Notes: generated by a model not told the origin, from the sequence alone. A stretch of 64,000 nt of DNA from an uncultured virus (IMG/VR IMGVR_UViG_3300017706_002363) (IMGVR_UViG_3300017706_002363); one strand, 5' to 3'; shown: positions 10,023-19,199, counted from the stretch's first letter. A program made the numbers and translations.

Positions 10023-10843
10023 GAATATATAAAGACAAATATATTGAAAGAAGCTTTACAACAGGTGGTGAGTGGATGACAAGAAATGAAAAAGGTCAAT
10101 ATACAGAATATATAGGTCCTATCATATCTTATTCAGGAGAACCTTTTGGTGGTGAGAAAATGTCACCTAAGCTAGAAAAAGAAATGAAGTTGTATGAATT
10201 TGAGGCATCTAAAGACAGTATATTGTATGATGAAATAAAACCTAAATATTCTAGAAACTTTATCGAGCCCATACCTTATAAGCATAAATTGACAGATGAA
10301 GAAAAAGAAAAAGGTGAATACTCAAGATATTTTTGTGAGATATTAAATCTAAATTCTATTGTTGAAGTAAATAAAGAGCAACACAAATATTTCAAAAAAG
10401 ACTCTACACCTTATCATAAAAATATTGAGATTGTAGAAATCAAATTAAAAACTTCTGTAAAATCAATATCATATAATAAACAGCAAATTGCAAAGGCTGC
10501 AGAAAAAATTAAAGAAATAAAAAACTTTGTAATGCCAACAGATTATATGAACTGGCCACGAAACGTTAGAGGTATACAAAGAGATAGACTTTCAAATAGA
10601 TTTTACCCTGAAGGTGAAAGAGTACCTGATGTACTTCCAAAGGCATATCAAGAAGGTAATGATATAGTTCAGACAAATCCAATTGTACCTATAAGACAAA
10701 ACTGTGCAGGTTGTATATTTTATGAAGACAGATGGTGTGAAAAATTTGGTGCAGAAGTAAAAGAAAATTACTGGTGTGCTAAATACATATATGACATTGA
10801 AGAAGATACATATTACAGACCTGATATAGATTTACCTGAATAA
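10019..10843 (+). CDS. Hypothetical protein with C-terminal HiPIP-like 4-Cys motif
   Basis: N-terminal TTGGEW...YIGP pattern; C-terminal NCAGCIFY....CEKFGAEV....WCAKY. Confidence 0.5.
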   Translation: MRIYKDKYIERSFTTGGEWMTRNEKGQYTEYIGPIISYSGEPFGGEKMSPKLEKEMKLYEFEASKDSILYDEIKPKYSRNFIEPIPYKHKLTDEEKEKGEYSRYFCEILNLNSIVEVNKEQHKYFKKDSTPYHKNIEIVEIKLKTSVKSISYNKQQIAKAAEKIKEIKNFVMPTDYMNWPRNVRGIQRDRLSNRFYPEGERVPDVLPKAYQEGNDIVQTNPIVPIRQNCAGCIFYEDRWCEKFGAEVKENYWCAKYIYDIEEDTYYRPDIDLPE

Positions 10844-10876
10844 TTTTTTTATATCAAATAAATTTGTTATATTAGA
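10844..10876 (+). promoter_or_regulatory. Putative early promoter (TTT..ATVTC-N8-TTNNTATATTW)
   Basis: One of about 11 copies of a ~33-bp intergenic motif. Confidence 0.65.
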
Positions 10877-10879
10877 TAG

Positions 10880-11890
10880 GTGATAAACGAACTACGCAAT
10901 AAAATATCTATAAAACACTACCTTAAAAACAACAAGGCAATAGAAGCTGAAAGATTAAATACACCTATTTATAATTTCTATGACAGGCTTTACGGAGGTA
11001 GATATGATGTATATGATATTATACCTGAATGTAAGAAAGAAGAAGAAATTGATTATTTAAACACTCTCTCGCATGCGATTCCTGATGTTTCTGATAAACA
11101 TATTAATGACTATAATGAAAATATAGTGGTTCCTTTTAGAAAAATTGAACAAAACGGTTTGTGGACAGAACATGGATTTGAATATACAAAATACAATCTT
11201 TTTACCACAACAGGAAGGCCCGCAAATTCTAACAGAGGTATTAACTATGCTGCGCTTAATAAAGATGATGGTACTAGAATGAAATACAAAAGTAGACATC
11301 AAGGTGGTATTATTGCAGAGTTTGATTATGACGCATATCATTTACGACTTATTGCAAAAATGATAGGAATGAAACAAATAGAAGGAAGTTTTCATAGATA
11401 TTTAGGTAAGCTATATTTTGACACTGACAATCTTACAGATGAGCAATATAATGATTCTAAAAAGATAAGCTTTCAAATACTTTATGGTGGCGTACCAAAA
11501 GAATTCTTACACATAGAATATTTTAAAAAGACAAATGACTTTATTTTTAAGTTGTGGGATATTTATAATAGTAAAGGTTATATAGAAACACCAAATTTAA
11601 AGCGTAGGTTTTATAAAAGCAATTTTAAGGATATGAATCCTCAAAAGCTATTTAACTATTACATACAGGCATACGAAACAGAGATGAATTCTCAAGTTAT
11701 AAAAAACTTGCATGAACTACTTGATGACAAATTTAGTAAAATGATTCTTTATATATATGATGCATTTGTATTTGATATTAGTTCTGATGATGGTAAAAAG
11801 ATTTTAGAAGAAATTAAAAAGTTAATGGTGTTTCCGGTAAAGCTCAAAATAGGAAGAGACTACCACAATATGCGGCCTTTGGACATATAA
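10880..11890 (+). CDS. Family A DNA polymerase, polymerase domain only
   Basis: TTTGRP, motif A (EFDYDAYHLRLIA), motif B (SKKISFQILYGG), NYYIQAYET, motif C (YIYDAFVFD). Confidence 0.85.
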   Translation: MINELRNKISIKHYLKNNKAIEAERLNTPIYNFYDRLYGGRYDVYDIIPECKKEEEIDYLNTLSHAIPDVSDKHINDYNENIVVPFRKIEQNGLWTEHGFEYTKYNLFTTTGRPANSNRGINYAALNKDDGTRMKYKSRHQGGIIAEFDYDAYHLRLIAKMIGMKQIEGSFHRYLGKLYFDTDNLTDEQYNDSKKISFQILYGGVPKEFLHIEYFKKTNDFIFKLWDIYNSKGYIETPNLKRRFYKSNFKDMNPQKLFNYYIQAYETEMNSQVIKNLHELLDDKFSKMILYIYDAFVFDISSDDGKKILEEIKKLMVFPVKLKIGRDYHNMRPLDI

Positions 11891-11927
11891 TCTTATATTT
11901 ATATATAGATAGGAGACATGATTAATT

Positions 11928-13394
11928 ATGAATATTGAACATCTTATAAGAGAGTGGGCGCTAAGGCTTAATGGCGGTTGCCCTGACCCTAAAAACAGAA
12001 GTCACTTGGAAATACTTGCCGAGTATATGATTCAACAAGGCCATCCAAGAGAAGGCGTACAGGCATATATTAGTCAGATATCAGAAGCAAAAGGAATATT
12101 TGACGTAGGTATTGTAAAACAAATAGGTGGTGATGATATAACTCAAGAAGATGTCGATAAAATCTCTATACTTCCATTACAAAGTCTAACAGCAGGTAGC
12201 GGTAATACATTTAATGCTTCCAAAAAAGAATACTCTTTATCAGATATTAAATCGTTAATGTCAAAAGGAAAGATTGTAATTACAACAGCTGGCTCTATTA
12301 CAAAGGTTCGCTCACAATATGGCGAAAGAATCTGTCAGTTATCTAAAAAGGTAAAGCAAGGTTCTGATAAGCATTTAGGCAGAGTACATACAATTTTACA
12401 ATTACTCCAGCTAGGTGCAGAAATCAAAGGAAAAGTTGCTGCAGGTATTGGATATGAAAATATGCAAATAGAAAACCTTGATAATTGGATGAAGACTAAT
12501 TTAGGAAATAAAAAATCACTTCCTTTATTCATAAAAGGTAAAGATACAGGTGTAGAAATAGATGGTGGTGCAAAAGTATCAGGTGTACCAAAAGCAGATT
12601 TAGCATTTGGTATAGGAGGCAAACCTACATTCTTTATATCATATAAACACGGTGCAATGTTTGACCCATCAGGAAACGAGTTAAAAGCTTCATTTCAACA
12701 ATATGGCTCTATATCTAGTTTTTATAATAAGAAGTTTACATCACAAATGGAAAAAGTACCTGGTGTTAAAAAAATGATTGATGATTTTGTAGAAGCTGTT
12801 AAAAAGCAAGTTGCAAAATCAGGCAAGGTATATAAAAATGTCACAAAGATAAGAAATGAAAAAGGTCAATGGATTTTGACAGCAGGTGGAAAGGACGTTA
12901 TACCTAAAGACCAAAATTCAAAACTATGGACAAAGCATGTTTCTAAAATAAATAAAATGAAACCTAAAAATTTATATGTTTTAGAAAATGCATCAGGATG
13001 GTCTAGGCGAAGATCTGTGTTAAAAGCAGGTAAAGTTGGACAAGATGTTTCGATGATGTCTATATTTGGAAATGATTATTTTACAGGAAATGCTGGAATA
13101 AATAACTGTAATATATTAATGCAAGACAATGCTGCATTCTCTGTAGGTTTTGCAATCAACGATGATGGTGAGGCTACAGCTGTACATATTGGTGTAAGTA
13201 GTGCTGGCCATATAATGTGGAATCCTAAAATATATGGAGGCGCTAAAAAGTTTCCTTCATTTGGAAAGCAGTATGAACCTTATATGGTTGCAAGATATAC
13301 AGGTGAATCTAAGATGGTAGTTAAAGATGGATTAATGATTGGATGTAGACTTTTAATCAACCCTGCAAGCCAAACTAAAGGCGGGGATATATAA
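11928..13394 (+). CDS. Putative PD-(D/E)xK restriction-like endonuclease with N-terminal leader
   Basis: GYE...VPKADLAF...FISYK matches the E..PKAD..ISxK nuclease pattern. Upstream TATTTATA at 11896. Confidence 0.5.
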   Translation: MNIEHLIREWALRLNGGCPDPKNRSHLEILAEYMIQQGHPREGVQAYISQISEAKGIFDVGIVKQIGGDDITQEDVDKISILPLQSLTAGSGNTFNASKKEYSLSDIKSLMSKGKIVITTAGSITKVRSQYGERICQLSKKVKQGSDKHLGRVHTILQLLQLGAEIKGKVAAGIGYENMQIENLDNWMKTNLGNKKSLPLFIKGKDTGVEIDGGAKVSGVPKADLAFGIGGKPTFFISYKHGAMFDPSGNELKASFQQYGSISSFYNKKFTSQMEKVPGVKKMIDDFVEAVKKQVAKSGKVYKNVTKIRNEKGQWILTAGGKDVIPKDQNSKLWTKHVSKINKMKPKNLYVLENASGWSRRRSVLKAGKVGQDVSMMSIFGNDYFTGNAGINNCNILMQDNAAFSVGFAINDDGEATAVHIGVSSAGHIMWNPKIYGGAKKFPSFGKQYEPYMVARYTGESKMVVKDGLMIGCRLLINPASQTKGGDI

Positions 13395-13795
13395 TGAAAA
13401 CTCAATTACTATGTACATTTACTGTTTCTAAATTTTTAACAAAAACCGTTGATACAATCGTAGATACATATGATGTGCTTTATAACAAAATATTCATATT
13501 GAATAGTGTTGAGAACAAAAACGATCTAATGTGCACATATAATATAGATTCTAGCAATAATGTTGAAATTATACAGGACACTATTTCACTTCACAGAAAA
13601 AAGCAAACAAATACTCTTTATACAATTAATGCACTTAACGAATGTATTAAGAACAATAACAATGGAATGCTAGATACAAAATTCCAATTAAACTGGGAAT
13701 CGTACAGAAACTGTATTATGGTTACAAATGAAGAAGGTTTAAGAAGAATAGACACTGCAGTTAAAGAAGTTATATACATCAAAGTTAAAAAATAA
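13394..13795 (+). CDS. Conserved hypothetical phage protein
   Basis: Translationally coupled ORF: QLLCTF...TYNI...TISLHRKKQTNTLYTINALN. Confidence 0.7.
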   Translation: MKTQLLCTFTVSKFLTKTVDTIVDTYDVLYNKIFILNSVENKNDLMCTYNIDSSNNVEIIQDTISLHRKKQTNTLYTINALNECIKNNNNGMLDTKFQLNWESYRNCIMVTNEEGLRRIDTAVKEVIYIKVKK

Positions 13796-13830
13796 ATTGT
13801 TAATAACTTTGTAAAAAAAACCTAAAAAAA

Positions 13831-13863
13831 TTTTTATATCTCGGATATTTTTGTTATATTTAT
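13831..13863 (+). promoter_or_regulatory. Putative early promoter
   Basis: TTTTTATATCTCGGATATTTTTGTTATATTTA, a copy of the repeated motif. Confidence 0.65.
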
Positions 13864-13897
13864 ATATAAATAACTAATAACGAATAATTACTAACAA

Positions 13898-14242
13898 ATG
13901 AAACAATTGACACTAGCGATAGTACTTTTCTTTGCAGGCCAGACTCTTATCTGGATTCAGACAAACGGACAATTTCTTTGGAAATGGTTCGACAAAAACC
14001 CAATAATTTTATCTATATCATTTGGAACTATTATATCCTATATGTTTATACTTGCGACAAAGCATGTTGTAGGTCACTTTGATGGATTATTATGGCCAGG
14101 ACGATTTATAGGATTTGGTACAGGTATGATATCATTTGTTATACTTACATGGATTTTTATGGGTGAAGGTATAACAACAAAAACTGCAATATCACTGGTA
14201 CTTGCAACCACATTGGTATGTATACAAATATTATGGAAATAA
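13898..14242 (+). CDS. Small 4-TM membrane protein (DMT/SMR-like)
   Basis: 114 aa with four hydrophobic segments; ends W.FMGEGITTKTAISL. Confidence 0.6.
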   Translation: MKQLTLAIVLFFAGQTLIWIQTNGQFLWKWFDKNPIILSISFGTIISYMFILATKHVVGHFDGLLWPGRFIGFGTGMISFVILTWIFMGEGITTKTAISLVLATTLVCIQILWK

Positions 14243-14279
14243 TTTCTCTATGTCAAATAAATTTATTATATTATAGAAT

Positions 14280-15296
14280 ATGGCAAAACAACTAGGTTAC
14301 GCATGTGTTAACATGCAATTACGCAAACAAAAAATTTACACAGGTCGCACAATGATTAGGCGAACATACGATGCAAAAGGTTTGGACTATGTATCAGAAA
14401 TATGTATCGCTAATACAGAAGACCTAATTAAGATAATACAATGGAATGAGGACAATGGCATCAAGGTGTATCGTATGTCATCAAGCATGTACCCTTGGAT
14501 GTCGGAATACGAATTCAAGGATTTACCAGGCTACGAAACAATCTGCAAGTTACTTAAACAGGCAGGCGACCTTTCCAAAAAATATGGTCAACGTCTCTCA
14601 TTCCATCCAGGACAATTTGCAGTTCTAGCATCTCCAACTAAAAAAACAGTCGATGCAGCAATTAACGAACTAGACAAATCTGCACAAATAATGGACCTAA
14701 TGGGTCTGCCACAATCACCTGCTGCAAAAATCAACATTCATATTGGCGGTGCTTATGGCGATAAGCCATCTGCAATGGACAGGTTTTGCAAAAACTTCAA
14801 ACGTTTACAACCGTCAGCACAGGCTCGTCTTACTGTCGAAAACGACGACAAGGCTTCAATGTATTCAGTGCTAGATTTATACAATGGTATATACAAGGTA
14901 ATAGGTATTCCTATTGTATTCGACTACCACCACCACAAATTCTGCACAGGCGACCTGACCGAGGAAGACGCACTAAAGCTTGCGGCATCTACATGGGGTG
15001 ATGTAAAGCCTTGCACTCACTATTCCGAATCAAGGCGTAACGAACAAAAACTTATCATCGAACAAATATGCAAAAACAGCAATATATCAATCGAGCAAAT
15101 GCAAGACTTTCCTACACTTGCTAAACAATACAAGGAATTCAGCAAGATAAAAGTACAAGCACATTCAGACTACATCAAGGACGAAATCAACGACTATGGC
15201 TTGGATATCGATGTTGTTGTCGAAGCAAAGGCTAAGGAATTGGCAGTAAAAAAATATTTCACAGAAGTGGAAAAAAAGTTAGTAGAAGTTTCCTAA
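14280..15296 (+). CDS. uvsE: UV damage endonuclease
   Basis: LGYAC, YRMSS, RLSFHPGQF.VL.S, INIHIGG.YG, RLTVENDD, FDYHHH, HYSES, AHSDY, EAKAKELA. Confidence 0.95.
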   Translation: MAKQLGYACVNMQLRKQKIYTGRTMIRRTYDAKGLDYVSEICIANTEDLIKIIQWNEDNGIKVYRMSSSMYPWMSEYEFKDLPGYETICKLLKQAGDLSKKYGQRLSFHPGQFAVLASPTKKTVDAAINELDKSAQIMDLMGLPQSPAAKINIHIGGAYGDKPSAMDRFCKNFKRLQPSAQARLTVENDDKASMYSVLDLYNGIYKVIGIPIVFDYHHHKFCTGDLTEEDALKLAASTWGDVKPCTHYSESRRNEQKLIIEQICKNSNISIEQMQDFPTLAKQYKEFSKIKVQAHSDYIKDEINDYGLDIDVVVEAKAKELAVKKYFTEVEKKLVEVS

Positions 15297-15349
15297 TGTC
15301 GGAAATTTTTATTATATTTAATAATTAATAACAAAAAAAGAGGAAAAAA

Positions 15350-16102
15350 ATGGCAATTGATTTAGAAGCAATCCGTCGTAAGTTAAACAACTTACAAACT
15401 CAAACAGGTAGACAAGATAACCTGTGGAAACCAGAACCTGGTAAAAACCAAGTTCGTATCGTACCTTACCAGCATAACAAAGAAAATCCGTTTATTGAAA
15501 TGTATTTTCACTATGACTTAGGTAAGAAAAATTATTTATCACCTATTACCTATGGTGAAGCAGACCCTGTGGAAGAATTTGCACAGAAGCTTAGAGCTAC
15601 AGGTAAATCAGATGATTTTAAACTAGCAAGAAAGTTAACACCAAAGATGAGATGTTATACGCCTGTTGTTGTAAGAGGCCAAGAATCTGAAGGTGTAAAA
15701 TTCTGGGGATTTGGAAAACAAGTTTATACAGAATTACTAGGCTTTATTGCTGACCCTGATTATGGAGATATCACAGATGTAAAAGCAGGTAGAGATATCG
15801 TAGTTGAATTTACACCTGCAGAAGGTGTAGGACAATATCCTAAAACTGCAATCCGTGTTAAACCAAATCAAACGGCTGCTACTGAAGATGCAAATGTTGC
15901 TGACAAAATTGTTAGTGGACAAAAGGAAATCTATGAAATCTTTAGAAAGAATTCTTATGAAGACCTTAAGGTTGTATTGGAAGAATGGCTAAACCCTGAT
16001 GGTGAAGATGAAGCACAGAAAACTCCGGCTACTGCAGAAGTAGCAGGTGTAAAATCTACATCAGATGTTGAATCTGCTTTTGATGATTTATTTAACGAAT
16101 AA
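15350..16102 (+). CDS. Single-stranded DNA-binding protein (T4 gp32-like)
   Basis: WKP.PG...VRIVP, NPF...FHY, FWGFGK.VY, YGDITD..GRD and an acidic tail AFDDLFNE. Confidence 0.85.
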   Translation: MAIDLEAIRRKLNNLQTQTGRQDNLWKPEPGKNQVRIVPYQHNKENPFIEMYFHYDLGKKNYLSPITYGEADPVEEFAQKLRATGKSDDFKLARKLTPKMRCYTPVVVRGQESEGVKFWGFGKQVYTELLGFIADPDYGDITDVKAGRDIVVEFTPAEGVGQYPKTAIRVKPNQTAATEDANVADKIVSGQKEIYEIFRKNSYEDLKVVLEEWLNPDGEDEAQKTPATAEVAGVKSTSDVESAFDDLFNE

Positions 16103-16116
16103 TAAGAGGAAAAAAC

Positions 16117-17244
16117 ATGGCAAAAAACAAGACAAAAAGAGATGAATTAGCCAGCGTATTAGCTGACTCACTAAACAAGCAGTTTAAAGGAATGAAGGTT
16201 GCATACTTTCTTGATGGTGCTGAAGAAACACCAACTGATTTAACTGAATGGATAAGTACAGGTTCATCTTTACTTGATTTAGCTATTTCCAATAGGCCAA
16301 ATGGTGGTTTACCAATAGGTAGAATTACAGAAATTACTGGAATGGAAGCCTCTGGTAAATCATTGTTAGCTGCTCACTTACTTGCCAACACTCAGAAAAA
16401 AGGTGGATTGGCAGTTTATATTGATACTGAAAATGCTATGAACGAAGAGTTCCTAACAACAATAGGTATGGATATGAATAAAATGCTTTATGTACAACTT
16501 GAAACTGTAGAAGATATTTTTGAGGTAATTGAAAATATTATTCTTAAGGTTAAAGAAAGTGATAGAAACAGACTTGTTACAATAGCAGTAGATTCTGTTG
16601 CGGCAGCAACTACTAAAATTGAACAGGCTCAAGACTATGACAAAGAAGGTTGGGCAACATCAAAAGCAATAGTACTATCAAAAGGTATGAGAAAGATAAC
16701 TCAGCTAATTGGTAGAGAAAGAGTGGCACTTATATTTACAAACCAGCTAAGAGAAAAACTAGGTGTTATGTTTGGCGACAAATATACAACATCAGGTGGT
16801 AAAGCTATACAGTTTCATGCTAGTTGTAGATTAAGGCTTAAAGCTGCAGGTCAAATCAAAGCAAAAGTTCAAGGGAAAGAACAAGTAATAGGAATCAAAA
16901 CCAAAGCAAAGGTTGTGAAAAATCGAATGGGACCACCTCTACGTGAGGCGGAATTTAATATCTATTTCGAATCAGGAATTGATGATACAGGAAGCTGGCT
17001 TCAAATCATGAAAGATTACAACCTTTTAAAGCAAGGTGGTTCATGGTATACTTATACTTGTGACATTACTGGTGAAGATATAAAGTTTTTGTCAAAAGAT
17101 TTTGATGAAAAAATATTATCTAATCCAGAAAGAAAAGAGAGTATTTACAACAAGATTTGTGAAACCTTAATTATGTCGTATAAAACAGATGATATTGGTA
17201 TCGATGATATTGAAATCGGAAATGACGACGTACCTACAGGATAG
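16117..17244 (+). CDS. recA: RecA/UvsX recombinase
   Basis: ISTGS..LDLAI, GRITEITGMEASGKS, IFTNQLR, TTSGGKA, KVVKNR.GPP. Confidence 0.95.
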   Translation: MAKNKTKRDELASVLADSLNKQFKGMKVAYFLDGAEETPTDLTEWISTGSSLLDLAISNRPNGGLPIGRITEITGMEASGKSLLAAHLLANTQKKGGLAVYIDTENAMNEEFLTTIGMDMNKMLYVQLETVEDIFEVIENIILKVKESDRNRLVTIAVDSVAAATTKIEQAQDYDKEGWATSKAIVLSKGMRKITQLIGRERVALIFTNQLREKLGVMFGDKYTTSGGKAIQFHASCRLRLKAAGQIKAKVQGKEQVIGIKTKAKVVKNRMGPPLREAEFNIYFESGIDDTGSWLQIMKDYNLLKQGGSWYTYTCDITGEDIKFLSKDFDEKILSNPERKESIYNKICETLIMSYKTDDIGIDDIEIGNDDVPTG

Positions 17245-17253
17245 CAAATAATT

Positions 17254-17477
17254 TAGAGTGTGGCGGAATGGTCGCTGACATGTATATAAAACATGAATAC
17301 GTGGCCTCGGAATACGCAACCAAAACGATTACGTGTAATCAAATGGTAAGAAGGTGAAGGTAGCTCCAACACCAGGTTCCTAAAGAGTACAGGAACTTAC
17401 ATAAGGTATTTTTAAAGTTTTTAGCCTACAAAGCGGTACTTAAAAAACTGTTGGTTCGAATCCAACCACTCTATCTA
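17254..17477 (+). ncRNA. Expanded tRNA-like RNA (~220 nt)
   Basis: 7-bp acceptor stem TAGAGTG (17254-60)/CACTCTA (17467-73); TGGCGGAATGG D-arm start; canonical T-arm GTTGG-TTCGAAT-CCAAC (17450-66); about 150 extra nt of hairpins inside. Confidence 0.7.
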
Positions 17478-17502
17478 ATAATTAATTAAAAAAGAGGAAA
17501 AA

Positions 17503-18048
17503 ATGAAAAAAGTTTTATTATCACTATTAGTCTTGCTTGGACTACAAACACAAGCACAAATCACAATGTGTGATTCTAACATGACATACACTGCAGGTTC
17601 ACAGTATCAATTAGAAATAGCGTTTCCGGTAACTGGAAATAGTTTGCCATTCATGGCTCCAATATATGCTGTAACTTATGGTGGTCAAGATATGTTAGGT
17701 GAAGACAGCTGTTTTAATTCACCATGTAATCATGTAGTATATAATTACAATATGTCGACAGGTATGCCTTACGACACAATTACAACTTGTATTAGTTATA
17801 CTTTAACAGATTCTTTAGGTTATGTTGACACAATGAATTGTTGTTTTAATCAAGTATGGGATGGCCAGGCTTGGATGAGAATGTCTAGCATTGGAGTACC
17901 AACCAGTATATTAGAACATAATCAGCACCCTGTAGGATGTGGTTGTTGTATGAGTAATAAAATATACGATATGTTAGGTAAAGAGTTAACAGAAATACCT
18001 AGAGGTAAAATGTATATTAGAAATCAAAAACTATATATTAATAAATAA
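17503..18048 (+). CDS. Secreted protein with T9SS-type C-terminal sorting signal
   Basis: Sec signal peptide MKKVLLSLLVLLGLQTQA; C-terminal KIYDMLGKEL..IPRGKMYIRNQKLYINK. Confidence 0.7.
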   Translation: MKKVLLSLLVLLGLQTQAQITMCDSNMTYTAGSQYQLEIAFPVTGNSLPFMAPIYAVTYGGQDMLGEDSCFNSPCNHVVYNYNMSTGMPYDTITTCISYTLTDSLGYVDTMNCCFNQVWDGQAWMRMSSIGVPTSILEHNQHPVGCGCCMSNKIYDMLGKELTEIPRGKMYIRNQKLYINK

Positions 18049-18066
18049 AAAAAAGAGGTTATAGAT

Positions 18067-18258
18067 ATGTATTATTTAGCAAGAGTAAAAGTAGCAACAG
18101 ATAACGGAAAGAAAGTTGTTTGGAAAAAAGAAGCTTATTTAGTTTCAGCAGTATCAGTAACAGATGCAGAAGCAATTGTTGTAAAAGATTTTGAAGGAGA
18201 CATGGTAGAATTTGAAGTTGTCGAAGTGAAAAAATCTGATGTAATCAAGGTGTTGTAA
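18067..18258 (+). CDS. Small protein, DUF4494-like
   Basis: YLARVK...E.YLV.AVSVTDAEA.V...EFEV..VK.S.V..V. Confidence 0.6.
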   Translation: MYYLARVKVATDNGKKVVWKKEAYLVSAVSVTDAEAIVVKDFEGDMVEFEVVEVKKSDVIKVL

Positions 18259-18392
18259 TACACACCTAGTTCTACCAAAAAGGCCACCTTCACGTGGTGT
18301 AGAATGTTAAGAGTTAAAAATCCTCACTACTAATTACGATTTATTTAACCAACCAAGGGCCTTTATTTTTAAACCAAATAAAAAGAAATATT

Positions 18393-18665
18393 ATGAGAAG
18401 ATTGACAGTACACATAACAGGAGCAAGAAAAACCTCTATCGTAACAGGAACAAAAACTGTTGAGGAAAAAGGTAAAAGAAAAACTGTAGATGTTAAGAAA
18501 GAAATTTTAGTTAATACACTTTCAGTAAAAAACTTGAAAGGTACTAAAGAAATAGAAAGTGCACTAAATGAAATAAGAAGTAAACATACAATCGCTATAG
18601 CCAAAGTTACCAAAGGACAGTGGAAAGGCGGAGAGGAAATGTATTATACTTCTTGGCAAAACTAA
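18393..18665 (+). CDS. Hypothetical basic protein
   Basis: 90-aa Lys-rich ORF with an A-rich start context. Confidence 0.6.
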   Translation: MRRLTVHITGARKTSIVTGTKTVEEKGKRKTVDVKKEILVNTLSVKNLKGTKEIESALNEIRSKHTIAIAKVTKGQWKGGEEMYYTSWQN

Positions 18666-18689
18666 ATTTAGTGTATATTTATATTATGT

Positions 18690-19199
18690 AAAGCGTACTA
18701 AGTAGGCGCCAAACAATTAAATTATTTAAGGAGATTTATTATGACAAGACACTTATTAGGTGAGAGACTCTTCTCAACCGACTTATTATTCAAAGATTTT
18801 TTCGATAGAGATACTGCATTTGGTTCTATAATAGAAACCAAGCCTGCTTATCCTGTCGATATTTTTTTGCAAAACGATGACCTATGCTTTGATATAGCTT
18901 GTGTAGGTTTAGAAAAAGACGATATCAATGTTTCAGTAGAAAGCAACACTTTAAAGGTAGCTTACAGGAAACCAAATATCGAATCAAATCCATCAGATGT
19001 AGAAGCACCAAATTATGTACATAGAGGTATTACAAGAAGGAGCTTTGATATGGGATGGAAAATTAGTGCTGATTACGACCTAAGTAAATTAGACGCTAGC
19101 ATGGCCAAAGGCTTGTTACAAATTACTGTACCTAAGTCAGAAAATGCTAAAACAAGAACAATAGAAATAAAATAAAAACCTGCCTACTTAGCACGCTTT
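18690..19199. repeat. 18-bp inverted repeats flanking hsp20
   Basis: AAAGCGTACTAAGTAGGC (18690-18707) vs GCCTACTTAGCACGCTTT (19182-19199): 17/18 complementary. Confidence 0.85.
18741..19175 (+). CDS. Small heat shock protein (Hsp20)
   Basis: YPVDI, IACVG..KDDI.V, YVHRGITRRSF, ASM.KGLL.I.VP, C-terminal IEIK. Confidence 0.93.
   Translation: MTRHLLGERLFSTDLLFKDFFDRDTAFGSIIETKPAYPVDIFLQNDDLCFDIACVGLEKDDINVSVESNTLKVAYRKPNIESNPSDVEAPNYVHRGITRRSFDMGWKISADYDLSKLDASMAKGLLQITVPKSENAKTRTIEIK

Noticed and set aside
17254..17477. tmRNA, canonical tRNA or group I intron-containing tRNA
   Set aside because: No G3-U70/Ala acceptor and no convincing tag peptide; too long for a tRNA; the insert looks too short and lacks a recognisable group I core. 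Kept as a tRNA-like ncRNA.
18690..19199. IS/MITE bounded by terminal inverted repeats
   Set aside because: No transposase and no target-site duplication; the cargo is a typical phage hsp20 and the arms match likely transcript ends.
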